Shown here one piece after another: positions 24,201 to 35,600 of a stretch of 64,000 nt of DNA (positions within the stretch are counted from its first letter, which is position 1; each line of letters opens with the position of its first letter). The DNA is taken from NCBI GenBank assembly GCA_964016885.1, contig OZ024743.1, forward strand, positions 132,246,001-132,310,000. Direction: 5' to 3'. Under the pieces are notes generated by a model that was not told the origin of the DNA, ran no database searches, and saw nothing but the letters and a program-made list of their open reading frames with translations. The position numbers and the translations under genes are program-made. The stretch comes from Eledone cirrhosa. Its lineage: Eukaryota.

Positions 24201-26680
24201 TGGTGTTTGATGCTTGGTGTTTGATGCTTGTTGCTTGGTGCTTGGTGTTTTGTGTTTGGTGTTTGGTGATTGGTGTATGTACTTGGTGCTTGGTGCTTGG
24301 TGTTTGGTGCTTGGTTCTTGGTGTTTGGTGATTGGTGCTTGGTGGTTGGTGTTTGGTGCTTGGTGCTTGGTGTTTGGTACATGGTGCTTGGTGTTTGGTG
24401 TTTGGTGCTTGGAGTTTGGTGCTTGGTGCTTGGTGCTTGGTGCTTGGTGTTATGTGTTTGGTGCTTGGTGCTTGGTGTTTGGTGGTGGTGCTTGGTGTTT
24501 GGTGCTTGGTGCCTGGTGCTTGGTGTTTGGTGCTTGGTGTTTGGTGCTTGGTGTTTGGTGCTTGGTGTTTGGTGATTTGTGCTTGGTGCTTAGTGCTTGG
24601 TGTTTGGTGCTTGGTGCTTGGTGCTTGGTGTTTGGCGTTTGCTGTTTGGTGTTTGGTGTTTGGTGTTTGCTGTTTGGTGTTTGGTGCTTGGTGTTTGGTG
24701 CTTGGTGCTTGCTGTTTGGTGTTTGGTGTTTGGTTCTTGGTGCTTGGTGTTTGGTGTTTGGTGCTTGGTGCTTGGTGCTTGGTGTTAGGTGATTGGTGCT
24801 TGGTGTTTGGTGCTTGGTGCTTGGTGCTTGGTGCTTGGTGTTAGGCGTTTGGTGCTTGGTGCTTGGTGTTTGATGTTTGGTCCTTGGTGCTTGGTGTTTG
24901 GTATTTGGTGCTTGGTGCTTGGTGTTTGGTGTTTGGTGCTTGCTGCTTGCTGCTTGGTGTTTGGTGCTTGGTGATTGGTGCTTGGTGTTTTGTGCTTTTT
25001 GCTTGGTGTTTGGTGTTTGGTGCTAGGGTCTTGGTGCTTGGTGCTTGGTGTTTGGTGCTTGGTGCTCGGTGTTTGGTGTTTGGTGCATGGTGCGTGGGGC
25101 TTGGTGTTTGGTGCTTGGTGTTTGGTGCTTGCTGTTTGGTGCTTGCTGTTTGGTGCTTGGTGCTTGGTGTTTGGTGTTTGGTGTTTGGTGCTTGGTGCTT
25201 GGTGTTTGGTGCTTGGTGCTTGGTGCTTGGTGCTTGGTACTTGGTCTTTGGTGCTTGGTGCTTGGTGATTAGTGTTTGGTGATTGGTGCTTGGGGTTTGG
25301 TGTTTGGTACTTGGTGTTTGGTGCTTGGTGCTTGCTGTTTGGTGTTTGGTTCTTGGTGCTTGGTGTTTGGTGTTTGGTGTTTGGTGCTTGGTGCTTGGTG
25401 CTTGGTGTTTGGTGCTTGGTGCTTGGTGTTTGGTGCTGCGTGCTTGGTGTTTGGTGTTTGGTGCTTGGTGCTTGGTGCCTGTGTTTCGTGCTTGGTGCTT
25501 GGTGCTTGGTGTTTGGTGTTTGGTGCTTGGTGGTTGGTGTTTGGTACTTGGTGCTTGGTGCTTGGTGCTTGGTGTTTTATGCTGCGTGCCTGGTGTTTGG
25601 TGTTTGGTGCTTGGTGCTTGGTGTTTGGTGTTTCGTGCTTGGTGCCTGGTGCTTGTTGTTTGGTGTTTGCTGCATGGTGCTTGGTGTTTGGTGTTTGGTG
25701 CTGGGTGCTTGGAGTTTGGTGCTTGGTGCTTGGTGCTTAGTGCTTGGTGTTTGGTGTTTGGTGCTTGGTGTTTGGTGTTTGGTGTTTGATGCTTGGTGTG
25801 TGCTGCTTGGTGCTTGGTGCTTGGTGTTTTGTGTTTGGTGCTTGGTGCTTGGTGCCTGGTTCTTGGTGCTTGGTGCTTGTTGTTTGGTGCTTGGTGCTTG
25901 GTGATTAGTGTTTGGTGCGTGGTGCTTGGGGTTTGCTGTTTGGTGCTTGGTGCTTGGTGTTTGGTGCTTGGTGCTTGGTGTTTGGTGTTTGGTGTTTGGT
26001 GCTTGGTGTCTGGTGTTTGGTGTTTGGTGTTTGGTGCTTGGTGCTTGGTGTTTGGGTTTTGGTGCTTGGTGCTTGGTGTTTGGTGTTTGGTGCTTGGTGT
26101 TTGGTGTTTGGTGCTTGGTGTTTTGTGCTTGGTGCTTGGTGCTTGGTGTTTGGTGCTGGGTGCTTGGTGCTTGGTGTTTGGTGTTTGGTGCTTGGTGCTT
26201 GGTGTTTGGTGTTTGGTGTTTGATGCTTGGTGTTTGATGCTTGTTGCTTGGTGCTTGGTGTTTTGTGTTTGGTGTTTGGTGCTTGGTGTATGTACTTGGT
26301 GCTTGGTGCTTGGTGTTTGGTGCTTGGTTCTTGGTGTTTGGTGATTGGTGCTTGGTGCTTGGTGTTTGGTGCTTGGTGCTTGGTGTTTGGTACTTGGTGC
26401 TTGGTGTTTGGTGTTTGGTGCTTGGAGTTTGGTGCTTGGTGCTTGGTGCTTGGTGCTTGGTGTTATGTGTTTGGTGCTTGGTGCTTGGTGTTTGGTGGTG
26501 GTGCTTGGTGTTTGGTGCTTGGTGCCTGGTGCTTGGTGTTTGGTGCTTGGTGTTTGGTGCTTGGTGTTTGGTGCTTGGTGTTTGGTGATTTGTGCTTGGT
26601 GCTTGGTGCTTGGTGTTTGGTGCTTGGTGCTTGGTGCTTGGTGTTTGGCGTTTGCTGTTTGCTGTTTGGTGTTTGGTGTT
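18227..26680 (+). repeat. ~4.15-4.22 kb tandem duplication of a two-unit block (units ~2.06 and ~2.13 kb)
   Basis: ORF offsets 4167 (18227/22394), 4223 (18633/22856), 4195 (19585/23780) and 4146 (20643/24789, 22081/26227). The offsets differ by multiples of 7. Boundaries are approximate. Confidence 0.85.
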
Positions 26681-29600
26681 TGGTGCTTGGTGTCTGGTGT
26701 TTGGTGTTTGGTGTTTGGTGCTTGGTGCTTGGTGTTTGGGTTTTGGTGCTTGGTGCTTGGTGTTTGGTGTTTGGTGCTTGGTGTTTGGTGTTTGGTGCTT
26801 GGTGTTTTGTGCTTGGTGCTTGGTGCTTGGTGTTTGGTGCTGGGTGCTTGGTGCTTGGTGTTTGGTGTTTGGTGCTTGGTGCTTGGTGTTTGGTGTTTGG
26901 TGTTTGATGCTTGGTGTTTGATGCTTGTTGCTTGGTGCTTGGTGTTTTGTGTTTGGTGTTTGGTGCTTGGTGTATGTACTTGGTGCTTGGTGCTTGGTGT
27001 TTGGTGCTTGGTTCTTGGTGTTTGGTGATTGGTGCTTGGTGCTTGGTGTTTGGTGCTTGGTGCTTGGTGTTTGGTACTTGGTGCTTGGTGTTTGGTGTTT
27101 GGTGCTTGGAGTTTGGTGCTTGGTGCTTGGTGCTTGGTGCTTGGTGTTATGTGTTTGGTGCTTGGTGCTTGGTTTTTGGTGGTGGTGCTTGGTGTTTGGT
27201 GCTTGGTGCCTGGTGCTTGGTGTTTGGTGCTTGGTGTTTGGTGATTTGTGCTTGGTGCTTGGTGCTTGGTGTTTGGTGCTTGGTGCTTGGTGCTTGGTGT
27301 TTGGCGTTTGCTGTTTGCTGTTTGGTGTTTGGTGTTTGCTGTTTGGTGTTTGGTGCTTGGTGTTTGGTGCTTGGTGCTTGCTGTTTGGTGTTTGGTGTTT
27401 GGTTCTTGGTGCTTGGTGTTTGGTGTTTGGTGCTTGGTGCTTGGTGCTTGGTGTTTGGTGCTTGGTGCCTGGTGCTTGGTGTTTGGTGCTTGGTGCTTGG
27501 TGTTAGGTGATTGGTGCTTGGTGTTTGGTGCTTGGTGCTTGGTGCTTGGTGCTTGGTGTTAGGCGTTTGGTGCTTGGTGCTTGGTGTTTGATGTTTGGTC
27601 CTTGGTGCTTGGTGTTTGGTATTTGGTGCTTGGTGCTTGGTGTTTGGTGTTTGGTGCTTGCTGCTTGCTGCTTGGTGTTTGGTGCTTGGTGATTGGTGCT
27701 TGGTGTTTTGTGCTTTTTGCTTGGTGTTTGGTGTTTGGTGCTAGGGTCTTGGTGCTTGGTGCTTGGTGTTTGGTGCTTGGTGCTCGGTGTTTGGTGTTTG
27801 GTGCTTGGTGCGTGGGGCTTGGTGTTTGGTGCTTGGTGTTTGGTGCTTGGTGTTTGGTGCTTGCTGTTTTGTGCTTGGTGCTTGGTGTTTGGTGTTTGGT
27901 GTTTGGTGCTTGGTGCTTGGTGTTTGGTGCTTGGTGCTTGGTGCTTGGTGCTTGGTGCTTGGTCTTTGGTGCTTGGTGCTTGGTGATTGGTGCTTGGGGT
28001 TTGGTGTTTGGTACTTGGTGTTTGGTGCTTGGTGCTTGCTGTTTGGTGTTTGGTTCTTGGTGCTTGGTGTTTGGTGTTTGGTGTTTGGTGCTTGGTGCTT
28101 GGTGCTTGGTGTTTGGTGCTTGGTGCTCGGTGTTTGGTGTTTGGTGCATGGTGCGTGGGGCTTGGTGTTTGGTGCTTGGTGTTTGGTGCTTGCTGTTTGG
28201 TGCTTGCTGTTTGGTGCTTGGTGCTTGGTGTTTGGTGTTTGGTGTTTGGTGCTTGGTGCTTGGTGTTTGGTGCTTGGTGCTTGGTGCTTGGTGCTTGGTG
28301 CTTGGTCTTTGGTGCTTGGTGCTTGGTGATTAGTGTTTGGTGATTGGTGCTTGGGGTTTGGTGTTTGGTACTTGGTGTTTGGTGCTTGGTGCTTGCTGTT
28401 TGGTGTTTGGTTCTTGGTGCTTGGTGTTTGGTGTTTGGTGTTTGGTGCTTGGTGCTTGGTGCTTGGTGTTTGGTGCTTGGTGCTTGGTGTTTGGTGCTGC
28501 GTGCTTGGTGTTTGGTGTTTGGTGCTTGGTGCTTGGTGCCTGTGTTTCGTGCTTGGTGCTTGGTGCTTGGTGTTTGGTGTTTGGTGCTTGGTGGTTGGTG
28601 TTTGGTACTTGGTGCTTGGTGCTTGGTGCTTGGTGTTTTATGCTGCGTGCCTGGTGTTTGGTGTTTGGTGCTTGGTGCTTGGTGTTTGGTGTTTCGTGCT
28701 TGGTGCCTGGTGCTTGTTGTTTGGTGTTTGCTGCATGGTGCTTGGTGTTTGGTGTTTGGTGCTGGGTGCTTGGAGTTTGGTGCTTGGTGCTTGGTGCTTA
28801 GTGCTTGGTGTTTGGTGTTTGGTGCTTGGTGTTTGGTGTTTGGTGTTTGATGCTTGGTGTGTGCTGCTTGGTGCTTGGTGCTTGGTGTTTTGTGTTTGGT
28901 GCTTGGTGCTTGGTGCCTGGTTCTTGGTGCTTGGTGCTTGTTGTTTGGTGCTTGGTGCTTGGTGATTAGTGTTTGGTGCTTGGTGCTTGGGGTTTGCTGT
29001 TTGGTGCTTGGTGCTTGGTGTTTGGTGCTTGGTGCTTGGTGTTTGGTGTTTGGTGTTTGGTGCTTGGTGTCTGGTGTTTGGTGTTTGGTGTTTGGTGCTT
29101 GGTGCTTGGTGTTTGGGTTTTGGTGCTTGGTGCTTGGTGTTTGGTGTTTGGTGCTTGGTGTTTGGTGTTTGGTGCTTGGTGTTTTGTGCTTGGTGCTTGG
29201 TGCTTGGTGTTTTGTGCTGGGTGCTTGGTGCTTGGTGTTTGGTGTTTGGTGCTTGGTGCTTGGTGTTTGGTGTTTGGTGTTTGATGCTTGGTGTTTGATG
29301 CTTGTTGCTTGGTGCTTGGTGTTTTGTGTTTGGTGTTTGGTGCTTGGTGTATGTACTTGGTGCTTGGTGCTTGGTGTTTGGTGCTTGGTTCTTGGTGTTT
29401 GGTGATTGGTGCTTGGTGCTTGGTGTTTGGTGCTTGGTGCTTGGTGTTTGGTACTTGGTGCTTGGTGTTTGGTGTTTGGTGCTTGGAGTTTGGTGCTTGG
29501 TGCTTGGTGCTTGGTGCTTGGTGTTATGTGTTTGGTGCTTGGTGCTTGGTGTTTGGTGGTGGTGCTTGGTGCCTGGTGCTTGGTGTTTGGTGCTTGGTGT

Positions 29601-32600
29601 TTGGTGCTTGGTGTTTGGTGCTTGGTGTTTGGTGATTTGTGCTTGGTGCTTGGTGCTTGGTGTTTGGTGCTTGGTGCTTGGTGCTTGGTGTTTGGCGTTT
29701 GCTGTTTGCTGTTTGGTGTTTGGTGTTTGGTGCTTGGTGTCTGGTGTTTGGTGTTTGGTGTTTGGTGCTTGGTGCTTGGTGTTTGGGTTTTGGTGCTTGG
29801 TGCTTGGTGTTTGGTGTTTGGTGCTTGGTGTTTGGTGTTTGGTGCTTGGTGTTTTGTGCTTGGTGCTTGGTGCTTGGTGTTTGGTGCTTGGTGCTTGGTG
29901 TTTGGTGCTTGGTGCTTGGTGCTTGGTGCTTGGTGCTTGGTCTTTGGTGCTTGGTGCTTGGTGATTAGTGTTTGGTGATTGGTGCTTGGGGTTTGGTGTT
30001 TGGTACTTGGTGTTTGGTGCTTGGTGCTTGCTGTTTGGTGTTTGGTTCTTGGTGCTTGGTGTTTGGTGATTGGTGTTTGGTGCTTGGTGCTTGGTGCTTG
30101 GTGTTTGGTGCTTGGTGCTTGGTGTTTGGTGCTGCGTGCTTGGTGTTTGGTGTTTGGTGCTTGGTGCTTGGTGCCTGTGTTTCGTGCTTGGTGCTTGGTG
30201 CTTGGTGTTTGGTGTTTGGTGCTTGGTGGTTGGTGTTTGGTACTTGGTGCTTGGTGCTTGGTGCTTGGTGTTTGATGCTGCGTGCCTGGTGTTTGGTGTT
30301 TGGTGCTTGGTGCTTGGTGTTTGGTGTTTCGTGCTTGGTGCCTGGTGCTTGTTGTTTGGTGTTTGCTGCTTGGTGCTTGGTGTTTGGTGTTTGGTGCTGG
30401 GTGCTTGGAGTTTGGTGCTTGGTGCTTGGTGCTTAGTGCTTGGTGTTTGGTGTTTGGTGCTTGGTGTTTGGTGTTTGGTGTTTGATGCTTGGTGTGTGCT
30501 GCTTGGTGCTTGGTGCTTGGTGTTTTGTGTTTGGTGCTTGGTGCTTGGTGCCTGGTTCTTGGTGCTTGGTGCTTGTTGTTTGGTGCTTGGTGCTTGGTGA
30601 TTAGTGTTTGGTGCTTGGTGCTTGGGGTTTGCTGTTTGGTGCTTGGTGCTTGGTGTTTGGTGCTTGGTGCTTGGTGTTTGGTGTTTGGTGTTTGGTGCTT
30701 GGTGTCTGGTGTTTGGTGTTTGGTGTTTGGTGCTTGGTGCTTGGTGTTTGGGTTTTGGTGCTTGGTGCTTGGTGTTTGGTGTTTGGTGCTTGGTGTTTGG
30801 TGTTTGGTGCTTGGTGTTTTGTGCTTGGTGCTTGGTGCTTGGTGTTTGGTGCTGGGTGCTTGGTGCTTGGTGTTTGGTGTTTGGTGCTTGGTGCTTGGTG
30901 TTTGGTGTTTGGTGTTTGATGCTTGGTGTTTGATGCTTGTTGCTTGGTGCTTGGTGTTTTGTGTTTGGTGTTTGGTGCTTGGTGTATGTACTTGGTGCTT
31001 GGTGCTTGGTGTTTGGTGCTTGGTTCTTGGTGTTTGGTGATTGGTGCTTGGTGCTTGGTGTTTGGTGCTTGGTGCTTGGTGTTTGGTACTTGGTGCTTGG
31101 TGTTTGGTGTTTGGTGCTTGGAGTTTGGTGCTTGGTGCTTGGTGCTTGGTGCTTGGTGTTATGTGTTTGGTGCTTGGTGCTTGGTGTTTGGTGGTGGTGC
31201 TTGGTGTTTGGTGCTTGGTGCTTGGTGTTTGATGTTTGGTCCTTGGTGCTTGGTGTTTGGTGATTTGTGCTTGGTGCTTGGTGCTTGGTGTTTGGTGCTT
31301 GGTGCTTGGTGCTTGGTGTTTGGCGTTTGCTGTTTGCTGTTTGGTGTTTGGTGTTTGCTGTTTGGTGTTTGGTGCTTGGTGTTTGGTGCTTGGTGCTTGC
31401 TGTTTGGTGTTTGGTGTTTGGTTCTTGGTGCTTGGTGTTTGGTGCTTGGTGCTTGGTGTTTGGTGCTTGGTGCCTGGTGCTTGGTGTTTGGTGCTTGGTG
31501 CTTGTTGTTAGGTGATTGGTGCTTGGTGTTTGGTGCTTGGTGCTTGGTGCTTGGTGCTTGGTGTTAGGCGTTTGGTACTTGGTGCTTGGTGTTTGATGTT
31601 TGGTCCTTGGTGCTTGGTGTTTGGTATTTGGTGCTTGGTGCTTGGTGTTTGGTGTTTGGTGCTTGCTGCTTGCTGCTTGGTGTTTGGTGCTTGGTGATTG
31701 GTGCTTGGTGTTTTGTGCTTTTTGCTTGGTGTTTGGTGTTTGGTGCTAGGGTCTTGGTGCTTGGTGCTTGGTGTTTGGTGCTTGGTGCTTGGTGTTTGGT
31801 GTTTGGTGCTTAGTGCGTGGGGCTTGGTGTTTGGTGCTTGGTGTTTGGTGATCGGTGTTTGGTGCTTGCTGTTTGGTGCTTGGTGCTTGGTGTTTGGTGT
31901 TTGGTGTTTGGTGCTTGGTGCTTGGTGTTTGGTGCTTGGTGCTTGGTGCTTGGTGCTTGGTCTTTGGTGCTTGGTGCTTGGTGATTAGTGTTTGGTGATT
32001 GGTGCTTGGGGTTTGGTCTTTGGTACTTGGTGTTTGGTGCTTGGTGCTTGCTGTTTGGTGTTTGGTGTTTGGTTCTTGGTGCTTGGTGTTTGGTGTTTGG
32101 TGTTTGGTGCTTGGTGCTTGGTGCTTGGTGTTTGGTGCTTGGTGCTTGGTGCTTGGTGTTTGGTGCTGCGTGCTTGGTGTTTGGTGCTTGGTGCCTGCTG
32201 ATTGTTGTTTGGTATTTGGTGCTAAGTGCTTGGTGCTTGGTGGCTAGTGTTTGGTGCTTGGTGTTTGGTGTTTGGTGCTTGGTGCTTGGTGCCTGGTGTT
32301 TCGTGCTTGGTGCTTGGTGCTTGGTGTTTGGTGTTTGGTGCTTGGTGGTTGGTGTTTGGTGTTTGGTGCTTGGTGCTTGGTGTTTGGTGCTTGGTGCTTG
32401 GTTTTTGGTGTTTGGTGCTTGGTGCTTGGTGCTTGGTGTTTTGTGCTTGGTGTCTGGTGTTTGGTGCTTGGTGCTTGGTGCTTGGTGTTTAGTGTTTGGT
32501 GCTTGGTGCTTGGTGTTTGGTGTTTGGTGCTGGGTGCTTGGAGTTTGGTGCTTGGTGCTTGGTGCTTAGTGCTTGGTGTTTGGTGTTTGGTGCTTGGTGT

Positions 32601-35600
32601 TTGGTGTTTGGTGTTTGATGCTTGGTGTGTGCTGCTTGGTGCTTGGTGCTTGGTGTTTTGTGTTTGGTGCTTGGTGCTTGGTGCCTGGTTCTTGGTGCTT
32701 GGTGCTTGTTGTTTGGTGCTTGGTGCTTGGTGATTAGAGTTTGGTGCTTGGTGCTTGGGGTTTGCTGTTTGGTGCTTGGTGCTTGGTGTTTGGTGCTTGG
32801 TGCTTGGTGTTTGGTGTTTGGTGTTTGGTGCTTGGTGTCTGGTGTTTGGTGTTTGGTGTTTGGTGCTTGGTGCTTGGTGTTTGGGTTTTGGTGCTTGGTG
32901 CTTGGTGTTTGGTGTTTGGTGCTTGGTGTTTGGTGTTTGGTGCTTGGTGTTTGGTGCTTGGTGCTTGGTGCTTGGTGTTTGGTGCTGGGTGCTTGGTGCT
33001 TGGTGTTTGGTGTTTGGTGCTTGGTGCTTGGTGTTTGGTGTTTGGTGTTTGATGCTTGGTGTTTGATGCTTGTTGCTTGGTGCTTGGTGTTTTGTGTTTG
33101 GTGTTTGGTGATTGGTGTATGTACTTGGTGCTTGGTGCTTGGTGTTTGGTGCTTGGTTCTTGGTGTTTGGTGATTGGTGCTTGGTGGTTGGTGTTTGGTG
33201 CTTGGTGCTTGGTGTTTGGTACATGGTGCTTGGTGTTTGGTGTTTGGTGCTTGGAGTTTGGTGCTTGGTGCTTGGTGCTTGGTGCTTGGTGTTATGTGTT
33301 TGGTGCTTGGTGCTTGGTGTTTGGTGGTGGTGCTTGGTGTTTGGTGCTTGGTGCCTGGTGCTTGGTGTTTGGTGCTTGGTGTTTGGTGCTTGGTGTTTGG
33401 TGCTTGGTGTTTGGTGATTTGTGCTTGGTGCTTAGTGCTTGGTGTTTGGTGCTTGGTGCTTGGTGCTTGGTGTTTGGCGTTTGCTGTTTGGTGTTTGGTG
33501 TTTGGTGTTTGCTGTTTGGTGTTTGGTGCTTGGTGTTTGGTGCTTGGTGCTTGCTGTTTGGTGTTTGGTGTTTGGTTCTTGGTGCTTGGTGTTTGGTGTT
33601 TGGTGCTTGGTGCTTGGTGCTTGGTGTTAGGTGATTGGTGCTTGGTGTTTGGTGCTTGGTGCTTGGTGCTTGGTGCTTGGTGTTAGGCGTTTGGTGCTTG
33701 GTGCTTGGTGTTTGATGTTTGGTCCTTGGTGCTTGGTGTTTGGTATTTGGTGCTTGGTGCTTGGTGTTTGGTGTTTGGTGCTTGCTGCTTGCTGCTTGGT
33801 GTTTGGTGCTTGGTGATTGGTGCTTGGTGTTTTGTGCTTTTTGCTTGGTGTTTGGTGTTTGGTGCTAGGGTCTTGGTGCTTGGTGCTTGGTGTTTGGTGC
33901 TTGGTGCTCGGTGTTTGGTGTTTGGTGCATGGTGCGTGGGGCTTGGTGTTTGGTGCTTGGTGTTTGGTGCTTGCTGTTTGGTGCTTGCTGTTTGGTGCTT
34001 GGTGCTTGGTGTTTGGTGTTTGGTGTTTGGTGCTTGGTGCTTGGTGTTTGGTGCTTGGTGCTTGGTGCTTGGTGCTTGGTACTTGGTCTTTGGTGCTTGG
34101 TGCTTGGTGATTAGTGTTTGGTGATTGGTGCTTGGGGTTTGGTGTTTGGTACTTGGTGTTTGGTGCTTGGTGCTTGCTGTTTGGTGTTTGGTTCTTGGTG
34201 CTTGGTGTTTGGTGTTTGGTGTTTGGTGCTTGGTGCTTGGTGCTTGGTGTTTGGTGCTTGGTGCTTGGTGTTTGGTGCTGCGTGCTTGGTGTTTGGTGTT
34301 TGGTGCTTGGTGCTTGGTGCCTGTGTTTCGTGCTTGGTGCTTGGTGCTTGGTGTTTGGTGTTTGGTGCTTGGTGGTTGGTGTTTGGTACTTGGTGCTTGG
34401 TGCTTGGTGCTTGGTGTTTTATGCTGCGTGCCTGGTGTTTGGTGTTTGGTGCTTGGTGCTTGGTGTTTGGTGTTTCGTGCTTGGTGCCTGGTGCTTGTTG
34501 TTTGGTGTTTGCTGCATGGTGCTTGGTGTTTGGTGTTTGGTGCTGGGTGCTTGGAGTTTGGTGCTTGGTGCTTGGTGCTTAGTGCTTGGTGTTTGGTGTT
34601 TGGTGCTTGGTGTTTGGTGTTTGGTGTTTGATGCTTGGTGTGTGCTGCTTGGTGCTTGGTGCTTGGTGTTTTGTGTTTGGTGCTTGGTGCTTGGTGCCTG
34701 GTTCTTGGTGCTTGGTGCTTGTTGTTTGGTGCTTGGTGCTTGGTGATTAGTGTTTGGTGCGTGGTGCTTGGGGTTTGCTGTTTGGTGCTTGGTGCTTGGT
34801 GTTTGGTGCTTGGTGCTTGGTGTTTGGTGTTTGGTGTTTGGTGCTTGGTGTCTGGTGTTTGGTGTTTGGTGTTTGGTGCTTGGTGCTTGGTGTTTGGGTT
34901 TTGGTGCTTGGTGCTTGGTGTTTGGTGTTTGGTGCTTGGTGTTTGGTGTTTGGTGCTTGGTGTTTTGTGCTTGGTGCTTGGTGCTTGGTGTTTGGTGCTG
35001 GGTGCTTGGTGCTTGGTGTTTGGTGTTTGGTGCTTGGTGCTTGGTGTTTGGTGTTTGGTGTTTGATGCTTGGTGTTTGATGCTTGTTGCTTGGTGCTTGG
35101 TGTTTTGTGTTTGGTGTTTGGTGCTTGGTGTATGTACTTGGTGCTTGGTGCTTGGTGTTTGGTGCTTGGTTCTTGGTGTTTGGTGATTGGTGCTTGGTGC
35201 TTGGTGTTTGGTGCTTGGTGCTTGGTGTTTGGTACTTGGTGCTTGGTGTTTGGTGTTTGGTGCTTGGAGTTTGGTGCTTGGTGCTTGGTGCTTGGTGCTT
35301 GGTGTTATGTGTTTGGTGCTTGGTGCTTGGTGTTTGGTGGTGGTGCTTGGTGTTTGGTGCTTGGTGCCTGGTGCTTGGTGTTTGGTGCTTGGTGTTTGGT
35401 GCTTGGTGTTTGGTGCTTGGTGTTTGGTGATTTGTGCTTGGTGCTTGGTGCTTGGTGTTTGGTGCTTGGTGCTTGGTGCTTGGTGTTTGGCGTTTGCTGT
35501 TTGCTGTTTGGTGTTTGGTGTTTGGTGCTTGGTGTCTGGTGTTTGGTGTTTGGTGTTTGGTGCTTGGTGCTTGGTGTTTGGGTTTTGGTGCTTGGTGCTT